Source of the DNA: Vitrella brassicaformis CCMP3155
Taxonomy: Eukaryota > Protista > Chromerida
DNA: 64,000 bases
Direction of reading: 5' to 3'
Assembly (NCBI GenBank): GCA_001179505.1
Contig: CDMY01000475.1
Coordinates: forward strand, 1-64,000
In this document: piece by piece, positions 24,147-36,000 of the stretch
Layout: every line of letters starts with the position of its first letter
Numbering within the stretch: position 1 is the stretch's first letter
The notes under the pieces: model-generated
Databases searched by the model: none
The model's input: the letters and a program-made list of their open reading frames with translations, nothing else
Told to the model about the DNA's origin: nothing
Position numbers and translations under genes: made by a program

Positions 24147-27100
24147 ATGAGGTGAGTGAGTGAGCGACACCTGCGTGACGTTGGCGTAGGACCCATCTGC
24201 CATCGTCTTCGGACGTCGTGTGATGTGTGTGTGTGTGTGTCAGTGGTCCTGCTCCAGTGGCGAACAGCAGATCCACCACAACAACCGACTCGCTGGATGA
24301 GGCCGACACCAACGGCGAGACCGACGCCGGCCACATGTACAGCCAGCTGCTGCCTGCAGACCTGCGGACGGGTGCCGGCATCTTGTTGGTCTGCATCTTC
24401 AACGAAGAGCCCTATGTGCTGCTGGCACTCAACACAGAATCTGACAAGTGGAGTGACTTTGGAGGTAGGAATGGGCCGAGGGGAGGGAGACTGGGCAGAT
24501 GTGTGTGACAATCATTGTTGCCTCGCCTCGCCTCCCCTCTCTGCTGTGTGTGTGTGTTGTGTGCAGGGAAGAAGGGGCCCCATCAGGCCACGCATCTCGA
24601 AATCGCATGTGCTGAGCTCACCCAGCAGACCTCCGGCAGCCTCTCCATGACACCATCGGCACTCAGCGCGGCCGTGCGACACGACCAGGCCACCCCGTTC
24701 CCTTTGGGCCGCCGATCAGGCGACCAGCACTCACCGGCCGACGTCACCTCCACTGCCTATGTGTGTTTTGTGGTGCCCTGGCAGTGCGGCACCGCCACAC
24801 TCGGCCATGCCAGCATACACGATCTCACAACAGCCCTCACGAGTCGTCTGCGGGAGGGGGACGGCGGCAGCCACACCAGCAGAATCGTCGCCATTTCCGT
24901 TGGGACCTTTCGCAACATGCTGCTGGGGGATGATGCGGAGGATCAGGACATGGACGAAGTGGATGCCACCGGCACCCTCCGGGACCACCTGTATCGCCTG
25001 GGGGGCCGGCTCGCGGAGGCGCTGGGGTCAATCGTCCAGTGTGGCAAGTATGTGCCCTGTGAGAGTCTGACGTGTGTGGTGGGCGTGTCGAGTGCTGGGG
25101 ATGAGCGTCAGATATGGCAGCATTGCGTCACGCAGCCAACCCTCGCCCGCATCCTCAGCTCGTTGATGCAGCACGTCCCTGCAGGGTAAGCAAAGCGGGT
25201 GCAGCATCACATATGTACCTAAATCACCGTCTGTGGTCTGTCGTGTCTGTGTGCATAATTATGTCAGCAAGGGAATGCTGGCTGTGAGGGTTGTGGTTCA
25301 GCACAAGCTCCTGATGGCGCTGGCGCGTGACGACAGCAAGCAGCCAAGTGTGTCGTTTGAGGAGATAGGTGCGGCGGCGAGTGTGGCGGGCTGCCATGGT
25401 GAGGCCATCGTCAGCGGATGGAAGAGCGTCCCGCCATCCTCACTCGCACTCGCAGGTCAGTCAGCACTGGGTGGGGTGGCTGAGTGAGTGAGTGGATGAC
25501 TGGGCAGGGCAGATTGGGGCATCGTTTCTACGTTCTGTGTGTGCCTTCAATGCAGGTGGTGGTGGTGGTGAGGGTGAGGGTCTGACTCTGGAGCCCTCCC
25601 AGGCCTTGATCGAGCTGCTGACGGCACTGGTGAGGGATAAAGCCCAGCAGATGGCCCGGCGGGCCATGTCACGGCGCATCAAAAGCGAGGATGACATGCG
25701 CAAACACGCCAGCCCCGCTCTTCGGCCATCAGTGCCACAGCCGCACAGCACCCCGCCATACACGGAGCTGCAGCCCGGCTCGCCCAGCTATGCGGAGCTG
25801 CTCCGACTGGCAGAGATCCGCGAGTTCCCGCACCGACCAAAAGTGTACCAGGTGGGGTGCGCTTGACAGCCACAGGACCGTCCAGTGATTGGTCTTGTCT
25901 TCGTCTCTGCTCAGGTCAACATGCCCGCTCGCCGAAGCGGTTTCCGTGCGTATCATGAGGCAAACAACAGCATTGTCCTAACGGCCTTCGTAAGCTACCA
26001 GCCAAGGACGGCAGGGGGATAGAGCCGACACAATCGGCGATGCCTCTCTGTCTCTCTGTGTGTGCTGTGTGTGTGTGTGTGTGGACTGTGTTTGTCAGTA
26101 CGGCTGTGTGTCCATCGACGAGGCACTCATTTTGGCAGAGGACGGGCCCGACGTCAGCCTCGCGACCGACGACGTCATCGAGGGATTCTTCGCGCTCTGC
26201 CTGCCGTCGGTCGTCTCGGAGGACATCTGCCTTGTCCTCTCCATCGCACCAGGACACGCCTATCAGGGCGTCCCCCACACTCGCACCCTGGCGGCCCTGC
26301 AGGCCCATGGGTGCGGCAGCGTGCAGACCAACATCGGATTCTACCTCGTCCACAAGGAGCAGGTGGGTATCATATAGACGGGCACACCACATGGGACCCA
26401 CACCACCCGGCCGTGCCATTTTCCTGCCAACATATATTGGGTTGAGTTTTCAGGTGTGTGTGGACTACCTCATCGTCAAGGACCCATCGAGCTGCGAGAC
26501 TTTCCCCGACGCCCTGCAGCCTCCCCCCGAGGAGTCTCGGGCATCCGAGCTGTGGCGGGCGTGGCATCAGGCGGAGCGACGCCGTCAGGGACACGCCAAC
26601 AAGGCGGCCTCCAACAAGGACATCTACAGTGCGTGTGAGCAGGAGGTGCAGGACATCCTGGCGCAGGTCGACGGGGCGGCATCATCTGGTGGTGGCGGTG
26701 GGCTGATGCAGCAGGCTCGCCTGCTGGGCGGGCTGTGGCGCCGGCTCGAGTGGGCCGACAAGCACTACCTCGTCCAATCCTTCCCTGCCATGCGGAAGAA
26801 GACCGAGTTCGACGCCTTCATGAACCACTCGTCGCGCAATGTTTGCGTCATTACCGCGGCCACGGGCATCGGCAAGACTGTGGTGGTGCCACAGTGGACC
26901 CTCTCATGGCTGCAGACCCACCGGCCATCCGCCCTGACCGGCCCTGAGAAGGGCAGCAAGAAGCGTGTGGTGGTGCTGGTGCCTCGTCGGGAGCTCGCCA
27001 AGGAGCAAAGCCGCTTTGTGGCCGAGCTGCGAGGCGTCGGCCATGGACCTGGTGGCGAGGTGGGCTACGCCATCGGCTCACACCCCTACTACGACAACGA

Positions 27101-30100
27101 AACATCGCTCCTCTACGCCACGAGCGGGTATTTATTTTTTGCCCGGCATGTTTGTATCTGCACATGTATCTTGGTGTGTGTGAGCATGTCATGCTGGCAG
27201 GTACTTCTGGCGGCTGACGTCGTCGTCCAGCCCCCAGCAGCTTGCGGCGGACTGGGCAGCTGTCATAGTCGACGAGGTGCACGAGCGGTGCCCCCAGAGT
27301 GACATGGTCATCCACAAGCTGCGGTCGCTCAAGTATGAGCTGGGCGACGATGCGCCGGTGGTCATCCTGCTGAGTGCCACCATCGACATCGACTCATATC
27401 GGTCCTTCTTTGAGGAAAGCGACGTGCCCTTTAGTGCTATGGAATGGGTTAGTGAGGGTGGGAGGGAGGGAAGCAAAGGCAATAGAAACCATGCATGGGT
27501 CTGGTCTGCGGGAGAGCTGTCTTGCGTGTCTTGGTTGTATGTGTTAATGTGTGTTGTGTGTTGTGCAGCAAGACATGGACACGGTGTTCCCGGTGGACGT
27601 GCAGTATATGCCCATCCCTGAGGTCAAGGCGTGCGAGAAGACACGAGACGAGCTGCAGAAACAAGTGACTACAAAACCTCCACAACACGAGAACCATCCA
27701 CAGACCATTCATTTATGTGTGTGTCGACAGGGATACTTCCACGGCTTCGCTCAAGCGGTCGTCCAGGCCATCCGCAAGGCGCCGGCACTGGTCGACTCCA
27801 CACACACCACCCCCTCTCGCCGCGCCCCTCGCCGTGGTTGCTTGGTCTTCGTCGCCACGCGCCCACAAGCGGAGACCCTGTGTGTGGCGCTGCAGCTGGC
27901 ATTGCGTCAGGAAAAGGACCTGTTTGCTGAGGTCATGCCGTTCCACGCAGGCATGGACAGCCTCGACAAACAACAGGTAGGTACGAGCGGGCCCGTAGGT
28001 GGATCGGATCGTCCGTGGAATTCGCTCTCCCTTGGCCGTCCCGTGCAGGTGTTTGAGGAGGGCCCCACGCAGTCGGGCAGCGGGCAGGCCTGGCGGATTG
28101 TGGTGGCCACGACCATCGCCGAGTCTGGGCTGACGCTGCCGCATCTCGAGCTGGTGGTCGACTCAGGCAGAAAGTTCGTCAACGCCTTCGATCCCTCCCG
28201 ACAGATGTTCATCCGAGGGTTTCAATGGATATCCAAGGTGAGCCCACACGCACACCTTCATCCGGCCGTTACTGTCCTCAGCCACACCAATCACCGTGTT
28301 CTGTGCGTGTGGTCATTAGGCGTCGGCCGTTCAGCGTGCAGGTCGAGCTGGTCGCCTGAAGCCGGGTACGAGTGTCCGTCTGTTCAGCGAAACGCAGCTC
28401 GAGAACTTCCAGGCACGCTGCCCACACCCACAAGGACACACATGCATACAGAGTGTCATAGGATTGCATGCGACCCATGTCTGCAGATGTACGACGACCC
28501 TGACATCAGCCAGTGTGATCCATCTCAGTTTCTCATTAGCGAGCTGGGCGCCCGGGGGCCAGGCGGTCGGCTGCCACATGCCCATCGAGCAGATCTTTGC
28601 CAAACTCCCCTACAACATCCCTCGCGACGGCCTGTGGACGACGCTCAAGTGCCTGGTCGACTTGGGAATGGTGACGCAGGACATCCATATGGGCACCATT
28701 GCCCTCAGCGAGCTGGGCAGGAGCATCCACAACCTCCCCGTCGACCCCCGATGGGCCGGCTGCATCCTCTGCGCACACTCACACGGCTACCTGTCGCCCA
28801 TGGTGAGGGTGGCCTGCCTCGGAGACCCACTTTCGTTCGACCGGTCCCTCAAGACCGCCAGGCGACTCCGCGACAACGGCTCGAGCTTCGACGACGGCGT
28901 GAGGGGCCTGGCGGACTTCGAGACCGTCCTGGCACTCTACGAGTCGTGGGAAGAAGGCAAGGTCTCCGCCGAGCAGCTCGGCGACCTCGTGGGTGACTTC
29001 GACAAGGCAAGCCGCCCACAACACAGACATCCATTCTCTGGCTTGCTGCTCACGTCTGTCCTTTCCATCTTCGTGTGTGTGCAGGTTGAGAGTGCGGCGC
29101 GAAACATCGAGGCGACCATCTACCGCTCCCACGGCTACATTGAGCCCCAGGGGCACACCGACCGGCTGACCTGTCTCCGCCACGCCTTCTTCAAGGGCTT
29201 CTCAGACCAAGCCTGCTACCCGGACGGGGACGAGGTGCGGCTCGTGCGGCCGCGCACCCACTCCCTCCGCGTGACCCTCGACAAATCCCGAACAACACGA
29301 GTGTGGTGCGTGACCGACACCATCTACCTCTACACCTTCTTGACGGGCTTCCGCTCCTCGTCCGGCCCCGCCGAGATGGTCACCAGCGCAGTCGCGAGCG
29401 GACTCGTGGCGGTGCCAGCACAGGTAGCTGATTCGTGAGCACACGTCACGCGTGCATGCATGTGCAGATCCGATCCCATATTTGGTTCTTTCCTCCCTCT
29501 CTGTGTGTCTTGGTAAGTGGGTGGAAGACGCCGCATCAGCAGCGGGATGGTTTGACGACTGCAAGCGGGTTTTGGCTAGACGACGCGACACCGAGCAGCT
29601 TACCTTTGACGTCCCCTTCCAGTCTGGTCCACCTGCTGGCAGGGTCCCGCTGTTCCTGAAACACAAGGTAGGGAGGCCATCACACGAGAGAGAGAGAGAG
29701 GGGAAGGCAACCACGAATTCTCATCCCGGTTGTATGTGCCTCCCTCTGTGCAGCTTCCTCTCATCCAGCGTGATTTCGCCTTCGTCAAGATCCAGAAACC
29801 GACCCTGGTCCCCAACAGCAACCACGCCATGCCGACCTTTCATGTGACGGCCCCTCGGGCGGCCCAAGCCGCGGTCACACAGCGCATCACTCGCGACATG
29901 GACAGCCTCGCGCTGGCGGTGTCGAGGGTCCCTTGGAGCGAGGCCACCGTCGACCTGGCGGGGCTGCGTCAGATCGAGGACACACTTGTGGATGAGGCCA
30001 ACCGGCTGCTGGAGCGGAGCAATATCGATCCATATCGGCTGACGGTCAGCCAGACACAGATACAGACACCTATCTGCATCCATGGCGATCCCTGCCTCTG

Positions 30101-31096
30101 ATGGATGCGTGTGTGTAGGTGAACGGAACTCCATTGAACCACGCCTGGCACCACATGACGGACCTCTGTGTGCGGTCAATCAAGCTGGCGCTGCCCTACC
30201 TCAAGCGCCGCGCTGAGCGAATGCTAAGCGCACACACAGACACACACGCACACACACACACACACGCGCACAGAGAGAGAGAGAGAGAGGGAAAGATTGT
30301 GTGTGCCCTCCTCTATGTGTCGCGCAGCTGGCCAGCCGGGCCCCCATATATATATCATCGCCCACCCTCCGCCCCCTCGATGGCGGGCAGGAGAGCCCTG
30401 AGGAGTCCTGGCGTCGTGCGATGCTGTGTGACGGGCTGAGGAGCTCTGCGGGCATGCGCGACGACTCGGGCTGGGGCGACTCGGAGGAGGCTCGTATCAT
30501 GGCCTGCATATCCCACTTCATCTCGCACCACACGCAAGTAAGCACATGAGACGAGACGTGTGAGCGAATGGGTCTGTCAACGGGTGGGTGCATGGGGGGA
30601 GTGTCTGTGTGTGTGGTTTGTTCAGTTGTTTGTGTATGGCGACTTTGTCGGGCGGTATGTCATTGCCGGCGAGCACCCGGGAACCACACTGACCATCGGC
30701 TTCGACACCCATCACGGCAAGCCGCCCAACCCCACTCTCTCACCCCCTGTGGGATCTGCCGAGGACGCCATGGAGGAATGGAGTGAGCACTAAATGAGGC
30801 GCACACAGGGGGAGGGACCAATGCGAGCAGCGCAACACCTTCTCCCTCTGCCGTGTGTTCTCATCTCAGATCGTGTGGTGGATTGGGCGTCGAGCAACGA
30901 TGTGTTTCGCGTAGACGAGATGATGCGCCGCGGCCGACACACGGACGTCTTCCACGTCACGGACCCCATCCGGCCGCTCCCTCTCCATCCACCTCACCAA
31001 CTGCGCATCGCTGCGCGACGAGTGCGGGCACCCCGAAACAGAAATCCAGGCGCTGCAGCTAGGGAGCGATGGGCGTGTGGCGCTGCGTGTTGGTGA
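24147..31096 (+). CDS. multidomain DEAH/RHA-type RNA helicase with N-terminal Nudix-like and PARP/ART-like domains
   Basis: Intact SF2 motifs: TAATGIGKT (~26860), VPRRELA, VIVDEVHER (27271), LLSATID, LVFVAT, FHAG, VVATTIAESGLTL..VVDSG, QRAGRAGR (~28332); HA2-like LSELGRSIHNLPVDPRWAGCIL. Micro-exon ATGAG|GT at 24147. Accessory domains are detailed in findings. Confidence 0.85.
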
Positions 31097-32015
31097 CCCC
31101 TCTGTGGTCGGCGTGTGCGGGTGTCTGAGTGAGGTGCTGGCACGTGTGCGAGTCAAGTGTGTGAGGGTGGTGAATCCGATGGTGTTTGGTGGGCAGGAGG
31201 GGCGGGAGAGATGGCAAGCACGGGGGTGGACAGTAGAGTAGATGAGATGGGCAGGGGTGGAATTGGAATTGGGGGTCAGGGCTGACACTGGTCTGATATT
31301 GTAGCTGGCTCTCTGCCTCCATTCATTCACTCATTCATTCATTCATGCATTCATTGGGGTATGACGTCTGGAGGGCATCCCTCCACCCATCCGTCTCTGC
31401 CTTGCTGCTTGGAGCTCGTCTGTGGGGCCTCTCCCGCTCTGTCGGTGCTTGTGCGTACGTTCGTGCGGTGCGTCCATATGGGTGGGTGGGTGTATACAGT
31501 GACATTTATACACTTCCGCGCCTCCCTATGTATGTCTTGACATTCATTCGTTCATTCCATCTAGCTATATATCTCCGCGTAGATAGATAGATATATATGT
31601 ATGTGCATACGACGACCGAACAAATGATTCGTACATACGTACGTACGTACGTACGTGTGTCCATGTACGTATTATGTATACATTGTGTGTACGGGTGTTT
31701 TCCTTCGTGTTTCTTTATTTGTACGGATTGATTCCAATGGATTGATTGATGCGTGCTGTGTGTGTGTGTCCTGGATGGACGGATGGATGGATGGATGAAT
31801 GGATAGATGGATCTCCCTCGCTGTCCTTGGAGCAAGATGTTTTATCCGGGAGTGCTCAGCTGCGTGATTCGACGCCAAATGCCAACCATATTCACACAAA
31901 TACACACACACACACGCACTCACACATACGAAAAGAGCTCACCAACAAACCAAAAAAGTCGCTCACGTCTAGCAAAACTATCAATCAGCGCGGAAAGCAT
32001 CCGTGCGTCCGTCCG

Positions 32016-32850
32016 TCATATGGTGCGCCTCAGCACGGCCCTGGCCATGCGTCGCCTCCGCCCCCTGCCCTTGCCCTTGCCGCTGCCCCTGCCCCGCTCA
32101 TTCTCTGATTTCAGCTTCTGCTCAAACACCAGCTGGGCTTGCCACACCCGGTCTGAGAATGCGCCAAGACCGCCGTTGTTGAGTCCGGCCGTCCTCGCCG
32201 CCCAGTGTGAGGGCCGGCACCAGTTGAGGACCGACGGCGCGGCCACCACACGGTCGTTGAGACCGAAAGGGATGAACGCAACTGACGGCGATACGTCACA
32301 TCACACACACACACGCACACACACACACACACGGATAAGTCCGCCTGCATGCCTTTAAAGGATAGGATTGCTGACTGGCAGTCGCTTCTTGGCTCACTCA
32401 CCCGGTGCGCATCTCGAGAACGACGATATGCGATAGCCTGCAGCAACCAAGCACGGCAGTGATGGGTGGAGAACGGAAGACGGATAGACCGTCATCTCAT
32501 CGTGCCGGCTTAGCCTCTTCCCCACGCACATCACATACCTCGGCTGCATCACACAGAAACACACAGAGGCATCATCCGGCAACAGACAGTCACGCGATCA
32601 TGATGCCCATTCTCCCGCCCTCCCTCCCTCCATCCGGCCATCCATCCATCCATCCATCCGTTCATTCACTCATTCGGATGTGCGTGCGCATACCTCAGCG
32701 TCACAATGCATCGGACGAGCGGAACGAGGTGATGAAGGCCGACGAGGAGGACTAACAGCAGCGCTGAGCGAGTTGCAAACACATCCATACATTCCATCCT
32801 GTGCATCGCATTCATCCCCCATTCCTTCTCCTTCGTTCGTACCTTTCCGC
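32016..32850 (-). CDS. possible small spliced gene with a hydrophobic leader; model unresolved
   Basis: Exon-like segments ALLLVLLVGLHHLVPLVRC (~32700-32765) and AFIPFGLNDRVVAAPS..RRTI* (32016-32275) flanked by splice-like sites; phases could not be reconciled. Confidence 0.25.
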
Positions 32851-33086
32851 CATGGTATCACCACAGCGGCTCATTCTCGCGCCTCCACCCATCTATCTAC
32901 CATCAACGCCGTCAGATCTTGATAAGCTCGCAAATAACGACCGGGCGAAACCCTCGCTGCGGGCCAGGCGGTGTGGCCAGCTTCTCATATAGCGGTCGTT
33001 TACCCCAACTCGCTGTTTTCGGTTTTCGTTAACCTCGCGGGGCTTACTTTCCCCTTCGACCCTCGGAGGGTGTGGTGCGCCAGGAT

Positions 33087-36000
33087 GCGTCGTGGTTCGC
33101 ACCATCAGCATGATCTGTTGTCGCATGAGTACCACGAGGTGACATCTCCCGAGGCGCTGCAGCACCTCCACATCTACTGCAACGCACTCACAAACGGACT
33201 CAAACACTTGTACACGCACGACTACACAGCTGGTAGGCTCGTGCTCGGATGGCGTCATCGCAGATCTCCCCTCCACCCATTGAAATCCATGCGTGTGAGT
33301 GTGTGCAGCGTTGGCCTGTGTGGAGGAGGCCCAGGTGGCGGCTTATGGCCTCGGTGATGTCAAGAAGGCCGCAGCCATGGGCAAGTAAGCACCTGCAGGC
33401 AGACAGAGATAAAGGCGGATGTTTTCTCCGTCGCCCCTTCTGTCTGTGTGTCGGTGTGTCAGGTTGATGTCTGTGATATATGGCTATAGCGGTTACGGCG
33501 GCCATGCGCGTGATGTTCTGACCGAGGTCATCGAGCAGACGGACGACCCCCTGCAGCAGACAGTCATGCTGGCGTCCCTGGCGGCCGTGGGGACCATCGA
33601 AGGCGACCTGCACACGGCACGACTGAGGCTGGAGCAGGTGAGCATCGCCTGGATGCGAAGGTCCTTTCTTCCACGTGTATGTGTATGCCTGTTCATGTGC
33701 GTATGTATTCAGGCGTTGAAGATATCTCGGCAGGCTGGGAAGGTCCGTGAGCATATCGTGCACGTCCACACACACACGGTTCTTTTTGTGATGGGTGTCG
33801 TGTCATTGGCCAGCATCTGCTGTCGCATGCTGTGCGGAGCGGCGGTGCGGGCAGCCGACTCACGCACGAGATCGCACAGATGCCACTTAGAGCCATCACC
33901 AAGTTAGCTTCCCACCCATCCCACCACAATGCCTGCCTCACTCTATGTGCTGTCTGTCTGTATGTCAGTGTGCTCTTCGGTGTCCCTGACATCCGCCTGG
34001 CCGTACAGGCGCTCCAGCAGCAAAAGAATGCATACAAGTCAGTACCCACTCTTGATAGATAGATAGATTGGTGGGCGGATTCACATGTCATCCAAAGACA
34101 CACGGGGGGGCGGGCTGACATTGCAGGTCAGTGAGCAGTGGCACGTCTTTGCGTCTATCGCTTGTGGAGGACCTGCTCGGCACCCTCACCCACCAGGCGG
34201 AGATGGCCCAGCGCAGCGACCACCCCCAGGGCCAACACACCACACACACCAAAGACGGAGACACATTCGGTGAGTCGGTGAGCCCGCCTCATGCACCATA
34301 TCCACAACACAACACACCACAACACGTTCGTTATCTGCAGATGTCGACCGAGAGGAGGCGATGCAGCTGGCCCGTTCGCAGCGTCTGCGGTTCAACACTG
34401 AGCGACTCCACCTGCTCGCCACGGCGGCGGACACACCGGGGGCCGGACTCCGTGGCTGGGGGCCGGCAGCCCTCTTAGGCCTCACTGTGACCATCCTACA
34501 GTCACCCGAATCAGCCAGTGCAGCCAAGAACGAGCGGAAACGACTGGTGGGTACCCGACATGGCNNNNNNNNNNNNNNNNNNNNNNNNNNNNNNNNNNNN
34601 NNNNNNNNNNNNNNNNNNNNNNNNNNNNNNNNNNNNNNNNNNNNNNNNNNNNNNNNNNNNNNNNNNNNNNNNNNNNNNNNNNNNNNNNNNNNNNNNNNNN
34701 NNNNNNNNNNNNNNNNNNNNNNNNNNNNNNNNNNNNNNNNNNNNNNNNNNNNNNNNNNNNNNNNNNNNNNNNNNNNNNNNNNNNNNNNNNNNNNNNNNNN
34801 NNNNNNNNNNNNNNNNNNNNNNNNNNNNNNNNNNNNNNNNNNNNNNNNNNNNNNNNNNNNNNNNGGGGGGGGTTGGTGGGTGACCCATGCAATGGCATGG
34901 AGGGAGGGAGGGAGGGACGGAGCAGAGCTGATGAGATGATATGCGTGTGTCCGTGCGGGTGCGGGTGCAGGAGGCCCAGGAGATGTTGGATTTCGTACGT
35001 TCGGTGGTGAAGGGCCACTACTCGGCCGAGACGGCGCCTAGGGGGAAGGGCCAGAAGGGCAGCACCAGCCCTGCTCCAGCGGCCTCGCTGGGTGACCTCA
35101 CACAAGACAAACTCAGAGACCTGGTGCGCGGAACATAGCCAGACCATTCATCTCGCGTCCGAACTCTCTCTCACTCTGTGTGTGTGTGTGTGTGTGTCGC
35201 GCAGCTGCGTTGGTCTCAGATGGTTCAGACGTTCCTCAACATCATCGTGGCCTTCATCGAGAGTCCCCAGCACCAGCACCTCCCATTCACCGCACAGTCG
35301 AGACAGAGCAGCAGCCTCTACGCATCCGTTCTCTCGGGCGAGGCCGACAAGGAGCGCGGCAGCGGCAGCGGCAGAGAGAGCCGGCCGGGCACCGCTGCTA
35401 GTGGTGCTGGTGCCGCCAGTGGTGGTGCAGAAGTCGCCATCGCTGCAGCAGACCCCCTGGCGGCCATCGGTGACACACACACACACACACACACAGAGAC
35501 AGAGAGAGAGAGAGAGAGAGAGAGGGCACACACACAGGGAGAGAGGGAGAGAGAGCGTTTCTGTCCATCTGTCATCTCATCTGCGGTGCATCATCTTTCT
35601 GTTTGTCTTTGTCTTTGTCTGTGTGTGTTGTCAGCGTTGCGTTTGTGTCTGCGTGAGGGCCTGAAGGGTGTGCGGCACTACCGCAGCCACGTGATGGAGG
35701 CCACCAAGGCCGCTGGACAGACAGACGAGGCCGCCAAGCACCTAGCAGAGCTGGACAAGGTGAGAGAGAGAGAGAGAGAGAGAGAGAGGGACACGTTGAT
35801 GCAGGCCTGTGCGTGTGTGCGTATGTGTTCAGGAGGTGGCGTTGTTAGAGTGGGCGTTGCAGCTGCTGCCGAAGCTCATCAAAGGAGGTGCAGGGGTAGG
35901 GGCCGCGGAAACAACAGCAATCGCAGCTGCAGCGATAACATGCCCCGCAACGCAAGAGCTCCAAGACAGGTCGGTGCCCAGGGAGGGGAAACACGTGTCC

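Noticed and set aside
31320-32000. AT-richer repeat tract (ATTC, TACG, ATAG, GGAT) considered as ncRNA, CRISPR or telomere-like
   Set aside because: Simple microsatellites between convergent genes; no repeat-spacer periodicity or RNA gene signature.
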